Source: an uncultured virus (IMG/VR IMGVR_UViG_3300030116_002442) (taxonomy: Duplodnaviria; Heunggongvirae; Uroviricota; Caudoviricetes). From it: a stretch of DNA of 64,000 bases. Of the stretch, positions 1 to 8,021 are shown piece after piece. The stretch is taken from the IMG/VR virus record IMGVR_UViG_3300030116_002442. One strand, written 5' to 3'. Position numbers and translations under genes: made by a program. The notes below the pieces were generated by a model. It did not search any database, was not told the origin of the DNA, and worked only from the letters and a program-made list of their open reading frames with translations. How positions within the stretch are numbered: the stretch's first letter is position 1; each line of letters starts with the position of its first letter.

Positions 1-55
1 TAGCTTGTATAAATGTGTGGGTAATAGAATATTTAATGAATAATTGTAATTAATT

Positions 56-409
56 ATGGAATTAGTTTTTGTTTACGGAACTTTAAGAAGAGGACATGGC
101 AATCATGTGTTATTAGAAAAATCTAGATTAGTAGATGTAGGTTTTACTGAAAACAAATATGCTATGTATGCAACAGGTATCCCATTTGTAAATGATGAAG
201 AAGAGGTATCTCGTATATTCGGTGAGGTATATGAGGTATCTCCTTCAAGGTTAAAACTTTTAGATACACTAGAGGGTCACCCTAGTTGGTATCAAAGAAA
301 AAAAGTAACCATACTTGGTAATGTAAAAAACCACAAAGCTTGGTTGTATTTTAATAATGATAAGTCAGGTAGGCTTATAGAATCAGGCGACTACGAAGAG
401 AGGGTTTGA
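56..409 (+). CDS. gamma-glutamylcyclotransferase (GGCT/AIG2-like)
   Basis: VFVYGTLRRG N-terminal motif, GEVYEV and LDTLEG, typical of the GGCT family. Confidence 0.9.
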   Translation: MELVFVYGTLRRGHGNHVLLEKSRLVDVGFTENKYAMYATGIPFVNDEEEVSRIFGEVYEVSPSRLKLLDTLEGHPSWYQRKKVTILGNVKNHKAWLYFNNDKSGRLIESGDYEERV

Positions 410-651
410 AAAAACATGTTAAAATATACATGAAGCATTTTGATTATGCTTTAGATGATTTCATACCTTGCACTACATGTGGTACAAAAGCTGTTGACAT
501 CCATCATATTGAAAGGCGTGGAATTGGGGGTTCAAAAGACAAAGATTTTATAGAAAATTTAGCCGCACTTTGTAGAAGCTGTCATAATAAAGCAGAAAGA
601 AACAAAGAGTTTAATAAAATTGTAAAAGAAAAACATTTAAAATTATTATGA
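406..651 (+). CDS. small HNH endonuclease
   Basis: CxxC...DIHHI...NLAALCRSCHNKA. Confidence 0.85.
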   Translation: MKKHVKIYMKHFDYALDDFIPCTTCGTKAVDIHHIERRGIGGSKDKDFIENLAALCRSCHNKAERNKEFNKIVKEKHLKLL

Positions 652-1100
652 GTTTAAAAAGTAAATTAGAAAATAAAGACATTAATGGTTTAATATCATT
701 AGCTTGCCGTATAGGTAATATAAAGAAATCAGACTTGTTAAGTAGCTGTAGAACAGGTAAGGTTTCTGAAATAAGAATATGTTTAGGCAAGATACTTAGA
801 GAGTGTTATGATTTAACACAAATGGAAGTGGGGGAAATATTAAAAAGAGACCACGCTACTATTCATTTTTATGAAAAAGAACATCAAAATATGTTAGGAT
901 TATCCTATTATAATTCTATATATAGCGAACTGTTATTGTTTGCTAGAGATTCAGGTTATGATGTAGATGAAAAAAGACCAGGTAACACATCTAGGTTTTT
1001 AGCATTGAAACATGAAATAGCTGCTCTAAAATTTGAGAACAAAGAAATGAAAAGTAAATTAAAAAAGTATGACAAATTAAAGGAGCTGATATCTCTATAA
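648..1100 (+). CDS. DnaA C-terminal (domain IV)-like DNA-binding protein with coiled-coil tail
   Basis: LLSSCR...R...LTQMEVGEILKRDHATIH resembles the DnaA domain IV signature (RDHTTV). Confidence 0.7.
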   Translation: MSLKSKLENKDINGLISLACRIGNIKKSDLLSSCRTGKVSEIRICLGKILRECYDLTQMEVGEILKRDHATIHFYEKEHQNMLGLSYYNSIYSELLLFARDSGYDVDEKRPGNTSRFLALKHEIAALKFENKEMKSKLKKYDKLKELISL

Positions 1101-1123
1101 ACTATCCTAATGTATTTGTCATG

Positions 1124-1155
1124 AGGGAGGGTGTGTAATGCTCTCCCTTTTTTTT
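1124..1155 (+). terminator. intrinsic terminator between convergent gene blocks
   Basis: AGGGAGGG...CTCTCCCT stem followed by a T run. Confidence 0.7.
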
Positions 1156-2467
1156 ACCCTATAGGGACATTGTAATAAAACTCAGCTTGTAAACCATTGT
1201 TCTTGCTCCATACAAATCCGTGAGCCCTTTTAATATTACCCACATATCCTTTATCATCATGCCATTGGTCAGTGGCACACATACTACCTAAATTCCTTAC
1301 AGTTATTCCACTATACTCTTTAGTAGCGCCTATCTTATTATGATGCACTCCGTGTAAATGCCCTCTATGTAATTCTACATAATCAACATCACTCCACATC
1401 TCTTTAAATCTTTGTGGCAATATTTGTACAGCTTTTTCAGCTTTCATCTTATGGCCGTGGTCAAACGCAATAAGGTTTTTGCCGTATTTAAGGCCTTTCA
1501 TTAACGGCCTAGTGTTATCCACTAGAACATTATCGTTCTTCTCATAGTAAAGCTCTAACGCGTCTCCTAGGTACATTATACACTCTTCATCATGATTCCC
1601 AGGCATAACCACTACATGCACAGGGCATATCGAAGCTAACTCATCAATAGCCATAATCATTAATCTTCTAGCTTTTTTATACATTTCAATATGATGGTCA
1701 CTATTAAATTGAGGAGTTCCTTTGGTAGTGCGCGGTATTGGTTTATCGCCATCTGTATTTAATAAATCATTTCCCACTACAAAAAGTATTTTATCAATGG
1801 TAAAAGCAGATGCTCTCATTAATAAATGTTCAATAGCTTTCATTAATCTTTCTTCAGCTATATCCATACTATATTCATCACCAATAATACCTATCTTACC
1901 TATATGTAAGTCATACGCGCCAATCTCAAGTAAATGCGCGGTAGTGTCTTGCCCTTTGATAATTTTTTTATGTTTTGGTTTTCGCGCTGATAAGTATGAT
2001 AAGTCTTCCATTAAAGCCTTTCGCGTGGTCTGTAAGTTTTTGAACGGGTCTACTTTTTTTAACTTTGCTTTACAACGATACATTGTAATAGTAACTGGCT
2101 TTCTTTCGTTATCAAAACCTGTCTGTTCGTAAGTACCAATATCATACCAATCAACTTCCCATTCACTATCATCTACACTAAATGCTTTCAACAAATCATC
2201 TAACGACTTAACTCTTGTTGTATCTTCTGCAATTATAAACCTGCCCTCTGGACCTTCTTCCATAGATAACTTTTCTTTCTTTTTTGTTTTGTTATTTGAG
2301 TGCGCACCCCTTATTTTTCTCGCCACACTTCTTACTTGCTCGTAGTTTGTGCCAAACATTGCGGCGGTATTAGCATAGTCTCTATTTTGTTTGTCAGGGT
2401 TTTCTAATAAATACTTTATTATTTCTTTATTTCTGTTCATATGGTGGTATTTTAAATTCGTCCTCAC
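1154..2467 (-). CDS. calcineurin-like metallophosphoesterase with possible N-terminal HTH
   Basis: DLHIG, GNDLL, GNHD, DHGH and GHLH metal-binding motifs in canonical order. Confidence 0.85.
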   Translation of the reverse strand: MRTNLKYHHMNRNKEIIKYLLENPDKQNRDYANTAAMFGTNYEQVRSVARKIRGAHSNNKTKKKEKLSMEEGPEGRFIIAEDTTRVKSLDDLLKAFSVDDSEWEVDWYDIGTYEQTGFDNERKPVTITMYRCKAKLKKVDPFKNLQTTRKALMEDLSYLSARKPKHKKIIKGQDTTAHLLEIGAYDLHIGKIGIIGDEYSMDIAEERLMKAIEHLLMRASAFTIDKILFVVGNDLLNTDGDKPIPRTTKGTPQFNSDHHIEMYKKARRLMIMAIDELASICPVHVVVMPGNHDEECIMYLGDALELYYEKNDNVLVDNTRPLMKGLKYGKNLIAFDHGHKMKAEKAVQILPQRFKEMWSDVDYVELHRGHLHGVHHNKIGATKEYSGITVRNLGSMCATDQWHDDKGYVGNIKRAHGFVWSKNNGLQAEFYYNVPIG

Positions 2468-2864
2468 ATCTGTGTATTAAATTTCTTTTTGGTATATTTA
2501 TTTCTTCAGCTAAACTATCTAAATCAAAACCCATTTTATAATCAGTAAATATATTTACATCACATATATACAAAAAAGGATTCTTAAGTAACTTATAACG
2601 TATATAAGCTTCTATAGAATCCACTTGTTTGTAAGTTCTATTATCAACATCATTGTTTTTAAAAGATTTTACATAAGCTATTCTTATGAAATCATCTCCA
2701 TAAAAACAATCATTTTTATCAAATTTGTTAGATATAGTCGTGAGAGTACCGTCTAAATTAATAACATCCCACTTGCCAGGTAATTTAGATAATTGACTCG
2801 CTAAACTTGATTTTACATCATCAAGGTATATAGCGGCTAAGGTTAAATATTGAGGCCTTTTCAT
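2427..2864 (-). CDS. hypothetical protein
   Basis: 145-aa ORF co-oriented with neighbours. Confidence 0.6.
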   Translation of the reverse strand: MKRPQYLTLAAIYLDDVKSSLASQLSKLPGKWDVINLDGTLTTISNKFDKNDCFYGDDFIRIAYVKSFKNNDVDNRTYKQVDSIEAYIRYKLLKNPFLYICDVNIFTDYKMGFDLDSLAEEINIPKRNLIHRCEDEFKIPPYEQK

Positions 2865-2937
2865 AATATGGACCTTAATATCTTAATTTTTTTATAAAAA
2901 AACATATAAAATAAGTCATTTTATTAACAAATAGCTG

Positions 2938-3222
2938 TTAATTACGCTTTTTTCCCCTGTTTCTAGCTCTATTTTTACTTTGAGCCTCTAAAATAAGAGA
3001 ACCTCCACGTACATGTGACATATCTTTTTTATCACCTTTTTTGCTATTTTTATTCTTTTTGTTGGCTTTATTTAAGGCAGCTCTATATTTTTTTCTTAAA
3101 GCTGAACTGTGGTATTTTTTATCGTAAGTCTTTTTTTTGTTTCTAGATTTTTTATTTTTAGCATAAAACTTTGCCGTCTTAGACTTACCATTTCTTTTTC
3201 CCGCTAATGAATTTCTTGCCAT
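2938..3222 (-). CDS. small, highly basic protein
   Basis: Very Lys/Arg-rich; C-terminal DMSH...NRARN may be a degenerate HNH-like remnant. Confidence 0.65.
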   Translation of the reverse strand: MARNSLAGKRNGKSKTAKFYAKNKKSRNKKKTYDKKYHSSALRKKYRAALNKANKKNKNSKKGDKKDMSHVRGGSLILEAQSKNRARNRGKKRN

Positions 3223-3224
3223 AA

Positions 3225-3506
3225 CTAATCATGTTGTACTATACCTCCGTACATTCTTTTTACTTTTTTCTTTTTCTTTTTTTTGTATCTACTTACCCTA
3301 CCTTTAGATTTTTTTTCTTTTTTTGCAGCTGCTTTTTCTGATGGACTTAACTCACTCCATGTACTAGGTGTTTTTTTTGACACTTTTTTTGTAGGTCTAA
3401 ATGTACTTTCACCACCACTATAATCTTTTTTACCAGAAGGTGTTCTCCAGTCTTCTTTAAACCAACGCTTAAGAGCTAATCCTTTTTTTGTTTTACGTAC
3501 AGCCAT
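3225..3506 (-). CDS. small basic phage protein (LKRWFKEDW type); ends GGIVQHD
   Basis: Start moved to MAVRK at 3506, abutting the upstream stop codon. Confidence 0.7.
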   Translation of the reverse strand: MAVRKTKKGLALKRWFKEDWRTPSGKKDYSGGESTFRPTKKVSKKTPSTWSELSPSEKAAAKKEKKSKGRVSRYKKKKKKKVKRMYGGIVQHD

Positions 3507-3697
3507 TAATCCTTTTGATATTTCATTAAACAACAAATCTTACCACCATGTGCCATTTTCTTTTTCTTTTTTCCACCTGTACCCCAATTCTTAGCGCCTT
3601 TTTTTCTGCATTTTGCTAATGCACCACTTGCGTATGCAGATGGCCACACTTTATACCTTGCTTTAACCTTATGATAACATGCATCTTTTTTTGCCAT
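3506..3697 (-). CDS. small basic phage protein (WPSAYASG type); ends YQKD
   Basis: Start moved to MAKKD at 3697; tightly packed with neighbours. Confidence 0.7.
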   Translation of the reverse strand: MAKKDACYHKVKARYKVWPSAYASGALAKCRKKGAKNWGTGGKKKKKMAHGGKICCLMKYQKD

Positions 3698-3699
3698 AA

Positions 3700-4002
3700 T
3701 TAATCGTATTGTGTAGGTACAACGCAACCACTAGCGCAGTTCCATTTCCTAAGTGATTTATTTATTCTAGAATTAGGGTCTCTACGTTTTTTAGAACCTG
3801 TTAATTTTCTTTTCATACCTTTCATTCTAGCACAAAAAGATTTTCTTCTAGATTTTCTTTTTCCTTTTGGGTTTTTTTCTGTAACAGGAGCAGCTAGTTT
3901 ACTACCTGGATTAGCTTTTCTATATGAAGCTCTACCTTTAGCATTTAGACCACCTGATTTATTTTTTCCTTCTTTACGTTGCCAAGCTGGTGATTTAGCC
4001 AT
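3700..4002 (-). CDS. small basic phage protein (GGLNAKGR...SFCARM type); ends TQYD
   Basis: Motifs recalled from a widespread family of small basic phage proteins. Confidence 0.7.
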   Translation of the reverse strand: MAKSPAWQRKEGKNKSGGLNAKGRASYRKANPGSKLAAPVTEKNPKGKRKSRRKSFCARMKGMKRKLTGSKKRRDPNSRINKSLRKWNCASGCVVPTQYD

Positions 4003-4004
4003 AA

Positions 4005-4391
4005 CTATTTACTTTTACCATTTTTAAGTTTTTCGATGGACCTTCCACCAAAATAACTCCCCACGATTGTAATCAAAACAATTTGTAACAAATCAGTCCA
4101 TTTGTCTTCAACATGAAAATCTACCGCACCTGCATCTATAAAAATTAATATCATAGTGCAACCTAATACAAATATAAGAGTCATCGGCCTCACATTCTTA
4201 CTCAACCAGCTATCAGATGACATGTCTGCCTTCCACCTATCTGTTACATTCTTTTGTAGTTCTGCTTCTGAATTCAAAAGCATTTGTTTCATTTCATTTT
4301 TTAATCTTATTTTCTCTTCTTTTGTAGTTACAACATTATCTATAATGTTACCTGCATCACCTACTAATGATTTTAATACGTTCTTTAACAT
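4005..4391 (-). CDS. holin (3TM/GTA-type holin-like)
   Basis: SDSWLSKNVRP, two hydrophobic helices, YFGGRS; adjacent to endolysin. Confidence 0.75.
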   Translation of the reverse strand: MLKNVLKSLVGDAGNIIDNVVTTKEEKIRLKNEMKQMLLNSEAELQKNVTDRWKADMSSDSWLSKNVRPMTLIFVLGCTMILIFIDAGAVDFHVEDKWTDLLQIVLITIVGSYFGGRSIEKLKNGKSK

Positions 4392-4393
4392 AA

Positions 4394-5002
4394 TTATATA
4401 TTTAAATCTTTACTATCTAACAAAGTATATGTAAAACTATTACCCCATTTATCTCTAGCCACTCTACATATATCCATAAATTCATGCCAGTCATCGTTAG
4501 CTGCAATTACTTGACAACCTGCTGACCACTTATCTACTTGTTTAGACTTCTTTCCTCCCCATTTTGTAGCTCTATGTATGTTTATACCAAACAATCCAGT
4601 TTGTGTATTATCGTCGCTTAAATCAAACTTATCGTCCTTATTAGCGTCTCTATATACAGTTACAGGACCATTTTGCCCTAAAGCCTCATACCTACCTTGA
4701 TGTAATCTAATTTTATGAGAACCTCTGTATTGGCCTTCTTTTAAAACAGCAACACCTTCCTTTCTCATTATATTCTCAACCCAATACCTTCCTGGGTCTG
4801 TTGTGCAATCATAACAATAGAATTCCCATTGCCCATCACACTTAAATGATATTGTTATTTTATCATCAAATTTATTTGTCACTTCTGTGCCCGTATTTGA
4901 ATTACGAACACCTACTATATTAAGATTATAGTCACCTTTCTCAAACCATCTAAACCCCTTTGACTTCACACCTTGTTCTATTATATCTTTAGTTAATTTC
5001 AT
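4394..5002 (-). CDS. putative endolysin, L,D-transpeptidase (YkuD)-like catalytic motif
   Basis: GINIHRA...WSAGCQV (His...SxGC); next to holin. Confidence 0.7.
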   Translation of the reverse strand: MKLTKDIIEQGVKSKGFRWFEKGDYNLNIVGVRNSNTGTEVTNKFDDKITISFKCDGQWEFYCYDCTTDPGRYWVENIMRKEGVAVLKEGQYRGSHKIRLHQGRYEALGQNGPVTVYRDANKDDKFDLSDDNTQTGLFGINIHRATKWGGKKSKQVDKWSAGCQVIAANDDWHEFMDICRVARDKWGNSFTYTLLDSKDLNI

Positions 5003-5244
5003 TGCACTTCTATTGTTTTACTATTTAATTTTATTTCAATTTCTGAATTACTAGAAACTGATGTACTTTTTTTATTATTTAATATAACTGGATTGTTAGT
5101 GTCTACAGTTATACGAGGTTTATTGTTTTTTATTTCTATTTGCGCAGAACTATGCACAATTACGTTAGGGTTAGTGGGGTGTAAATTTATAGTAACCTCA
5201 CAAGTATTCGCATTTAATATATCAACCTCTTCATTATAAGCCAT
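4999..5244 (-). CDS. hypothetical protein
   Basis: Overlaps neighbours in the operon. Confidence 0.55.
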   Translation of the reverse strand: MAYNEEVDILNANTCEVTINLHPTNPNVIVHSSAQIEIKNNKPRITVDTNNPVILNNKKSTSVSSNSEIEIKLNSKTIEVQ

Positions 5245-5692
5245 AATTTGTTGCGTTTGTATAAGGCTGTATATCTTCTACAATAAAATCACCATACAAC
5301 CAAACGGTTTGAGCACCCGATTCATTGGCAGCTGCAGCAAGTTCTGATTTTTTAGATATTAAAGTATATTTATAACGACCAGCATCAACAGCAAATGGTT
5401 GTCCATAAGCTTGCCATTCTACAGTTATTTTACCATCTTCTACTGTACATTCAAGAGCGTTATTTGCTGGCACAGGGTTTCCCAGTTCCCAGTTTTGAAT
5501 CAAACCTTGTCCATCTGCTCCATACACTTCAAATTTTGCAAAATCTGGGTCCGTGTTATCATTAGGGTTACTAGTAAAATCATAATTAGTTCCATCAGCG
5601 TTTTTAATATTAACCACAAGTTTAAAATGACTACCTTTTATATGCTTAATTCTAAGCTTTTGTGCTGGATGTGAAACTAATGTATTTGCCAT
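5234..5692 (-). CDS. beta-rich hypothetical protein, possibly structural (BppU-N-like)
   Basis: KGSHFKLVVNIKNADGTNYDF...GRYKYTL...WLYGDFIV pattern. Confidence 0.5.
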   Translation of the reverse strand: MANTLVSHPAQKLRIKHIKGSHFKLVVNIKNADGTNYDFTSNPNDNTDPDFAKFEVYGADGQGLIQNWELGNPVPANNALECTVEDGKITVEWQAYGQPFAVDAGRYKYTLISKKSELAAAANESGAQTVWLYGDFIVEDIQPYTNATNYGL

Positions 5693-6093
5693 TATTGAAA
5701 TTTATTTAATGTCAATGTATCTACTGAATTCTGTATTGTTTTTTTATCTGCATCTAATTGGAACATTACGTTTGGTTTGAACCTTTCTTTTTCCTCACCG
5801 TTATCAAAAATAATAACAGTCGGAATGGCAGAGATATCATAATCCATTTGAATATCCATATGAGCAGAAATATCAATTCTATATACCACACAGTCTTTTA
5901 ATTTTACAAGCTCTTTAAATTCATTGTGAGCATTCCATCCTGCCCAAAATTCTACCACTACTATGTCTTTAGCTATTTTATTATTAAAATTATTAGAAGT
6001 AACAAAGTCTTGACTAAAAGTAGTTCCACAAATAAACATAAACACCATCAATAAGATGTATAAGTATGATGATATGTCTATTCTGTGAATCAT
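5692..6093 (-). CDS. exported/membrane-anchored thioredoxin-fold protein lacking CxxC
   Basis: VVVEFWAGWN at the WCxxC position; ISAIPTVIIFDNGEEKERF; N-terminal hydrophobic segment. Confidence 0.75.
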   Translation of the reverse strand: MIHRIDISSYLYILLMVFMFICGTTFSQDFVTSNNFNNKIAKDIVVVEFWAGWNAHNEFKELVKLKDCVVYRIDISAHMDIQMDYDISAIPTVIIFDNGEEKERFKPNVMFQLDADKKTIQNSVDTLTLNKFQ

Positions 6094-6434
6094 TTTTTAA
6101 GCTCTTTTATATCTTCTTTAAGTTCATCTAATTCTTTTATTATATTATCAATTTTCTGTCGAGCCATTTCATCTTTCATATTAAACTCCATTCTTGTTGG
6201 AGGCCAAGTCTGTGAAGCAGCGGGGTCACCCATATCTATTGTATATGTTCCTGTGCCTGGCTTTGGTTTTTCTAAAGCCTCTTCTACTTTATCTTCTAAT
6301 TCTACAAACTTAGAGTTTATACTACCCATTAAACCAAAGTATGCAGACACAACAGTAGCTATACCCACACCTATACCTATTAGTGTTTTAACACTAATTT
6401 GAAACTTGCTTTCTTCTGATAGTTCTTTAGCCAT
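6090..6434 (-). CDS. single-TM protein with coiled-coil C-terminus
   Basis: LIGIGVGIATVVSAYFGLM TM segment; heptad-like C-terminus. Confidence 0.65.
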   Translation of the reverse strand: MAKELSEESKFQISVKTLIGIGVGIATVVSAYFGLMGSINSKFVELEDKVEEALEKPKPGTGTYTIDMGDPAASQTWPPTRMEFNMKDEMARQKIDNIIKELDELKEDIKELKK

Positions 6435-6727
6435 TAATCGTATTGTATTATACCACCTTTTTTAAATCTACCAACCACACCGCCTTTTTTGTAACCAAAA
6501 GATTGTTTAAACATTTTGTCTACACCTTCTTTTTCTTCACCCTTAACTATTCTTTTTCCCTCAGGCCCTTTAAATTTGGTTCTTTTTTTACTTACAGTTA
6601 CCTCTGTTCCTGGACCTAATTCAGTGTCATTTATAACATAACTTTTTTTACCAAACAAACTTTTAATAGTTTGTTTTATAGCACGTCTTTTTAACTTTCT
6701 ATCTTGTTTTTTACTTAATTCACTCAT
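6434..6727 (-). CDS. small basic protein with KKGG motifs; ends GGIIQYD
   Basis: ORF in operon; YKKGG and FKKGG. Confidence 0.65.
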   Translation of the reverse strand: MSELSKKQDRKLKRRAIKQTIKSLFGKKSYVINDTELGPGTEVTVSKKRTKFKGPEGKRIVKGEEKEGVDKMFKQSFGYKKGGVVGRFKKGGIIQYD

Positions 6728-6963
6728 TATTTAGGGCAGTCTTTACATTTGCTTTTTCCAGAAAACTTTTCTATACCACTTATACCAAAGCATCCTAATA
6801 CAACCCACACAAATGAATCATAAACAAATTCGTTAATTACTAAATCTGAACCAGCAGCGCCAGTTACTAAATCAATTATCATTACGATAACCATAATAAG
6901 AAAAGCTATAAATCCTACTATAGACTTTTCGTTCCAGTCATTACTGTCTTTAAATATATTCAT
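6727..6963 (-). CDS. two-TM membrane protein (holin-like)
   Basis: Two hydrophobic helices, FGISGIEKF, charged C-tail. Confidence 0.6.
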   Translation of the reverse strand: MNIFKDSNDWNEKSIVGFIAFLIMVIVMIIDLVTGAAGSDLVINEFVYDSFVWVVLGCFGISGIEKFSGKSKCKDCPK

Positions 6964-6973
6964 ATTTTAAAAT

Positions 6974-7282
6974 TTAATCGTATTGTTGTGTAAAAGCATC
7001 TCTTACCTTTCCTCCGTACTTCATTTCTATTTTACCACCGTATGCTTTCTTTTTTGACTTTTTCTTTTTTTCACTAGGTTTTTCAAGACCAAACTTTTCG
7101 TAGTAATCTCTACCTAAAGATTGAGGATTTTCACCTGAATAAGTTTTTTTAGCTTTTTTTGTTTGAGGTATATACCCACCTTCATCATACATTTTCATTT
7201 TTCCGCCATAACCCATGTAACCCATTTTGTTTCTTACTTTTTCTGGTAACATTTTAAGACCTTTATTATTTGGTTTTTTCAT
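6974..7282 (-). CDS. small basic protein with four xxGG motifs; ends TQQYD
   Basis: MGYGGK, YDEGGY, AYGGK, MKYGGK. Confidence 0.65.
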   Translation of the reverse strand: MKKPNNKGLKMLPEKVRNKMGYMGYGGKMKMYDEGGYIPQTKKAKKTYSGENPQSLGRDYYEKFGLEKPSEKKKKSKKKAYGGKIEMKYGGKVRDAFTQQYD

Positions 7283-7285
7283 CTT

Positions 7286-8020
7286 TTAATTTATTTTATA
7301 TTTAACTACACCATCTTGGATATACAAACCCTCTGGCTCTTTTATTGCTTGCCCCAACAAATTAAAAATTCTGTTATCTGCTTTTGATTTATTTAATAAC
7401 TCAGGTATATTAGATGTACAAGGAAGTCCTGTGTCACAATCTAAATACTCTGTGTTTATAATTTCTACATACTCTATAATAGTATCTGTAGTAAAAAATT
7501 CTATGTATTCTGTTTCTATTTGCACTATGGTATCAAAAATAAACACATCTACATACTCTATAACATCTACAAATAAAGTGTCTAATACATCTTCATATAT
7601 AGTTAATGTATCTGTTATGTATATATATTCAGGAATAAATGTTTCTACTTCTACTGTATCTATTACAATTTGAGTTATATATTCTATATCATATATAGTG
7701 TCCGTTTGAAATATTGTTTCGTATATGTAAATAGGAATATCTACATAGACCGTATCACACTCCTCAAATGGTCCAGCGCACTCCTCAAGCGTTGTAGGTA
7801 CCGCGTCTTGCTCATCTGAAGCATCCACACAATCTTCCCACCCATCATTAAGGTAGTAAAGCCCATTAAGACCATTAGGAACGCAACCATTAGGACTATA
7901 CTGAGTCCAATTAGAAGTATCATCTCCACAATAAAATCCACCTTGTTCCACACATTCTTCACAATTCGTTTGACTAAATCCATAACCAAATACAAATAAT
8001 AATATTAATAATTTCTTCAT
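7286..8020 (-). CDS. secreted protein: Cys-rich LDLa-like head, DT-repeat stalk, T9SS CTD-like tail
   Basis: Signal peptide MKKLLILLFVFGYGFSQ; NDGWEDCVDASDE; repeated DT[VIL]; IFNLLGQ...GLYIQDG...K tail. Confidence 0.65.
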   Translation of the reverse strand: MKKLLILLFVFGYGFSQTNCEECVEQGGFYCGDDTSNWTQYSPNGCVPNGLNGLYYLNDGWEDCVDASDEQDAVPTTLEECAGPFEECDTVYVDIPIYIYETIFQTDTIYDIEYITQIVIDTVEVETFIPEYIYITDTLTIYEDVLDTLFVDVIEYVDVFIFDTIVQIETEYIEFFTTDTIIEYVEIINTEYLDCDTGLPCTSNIPELLNKSKADNRIFNLLGQAIKEPEGLYIQDGVVKYKIN

Positions 8021-8021
8021 A

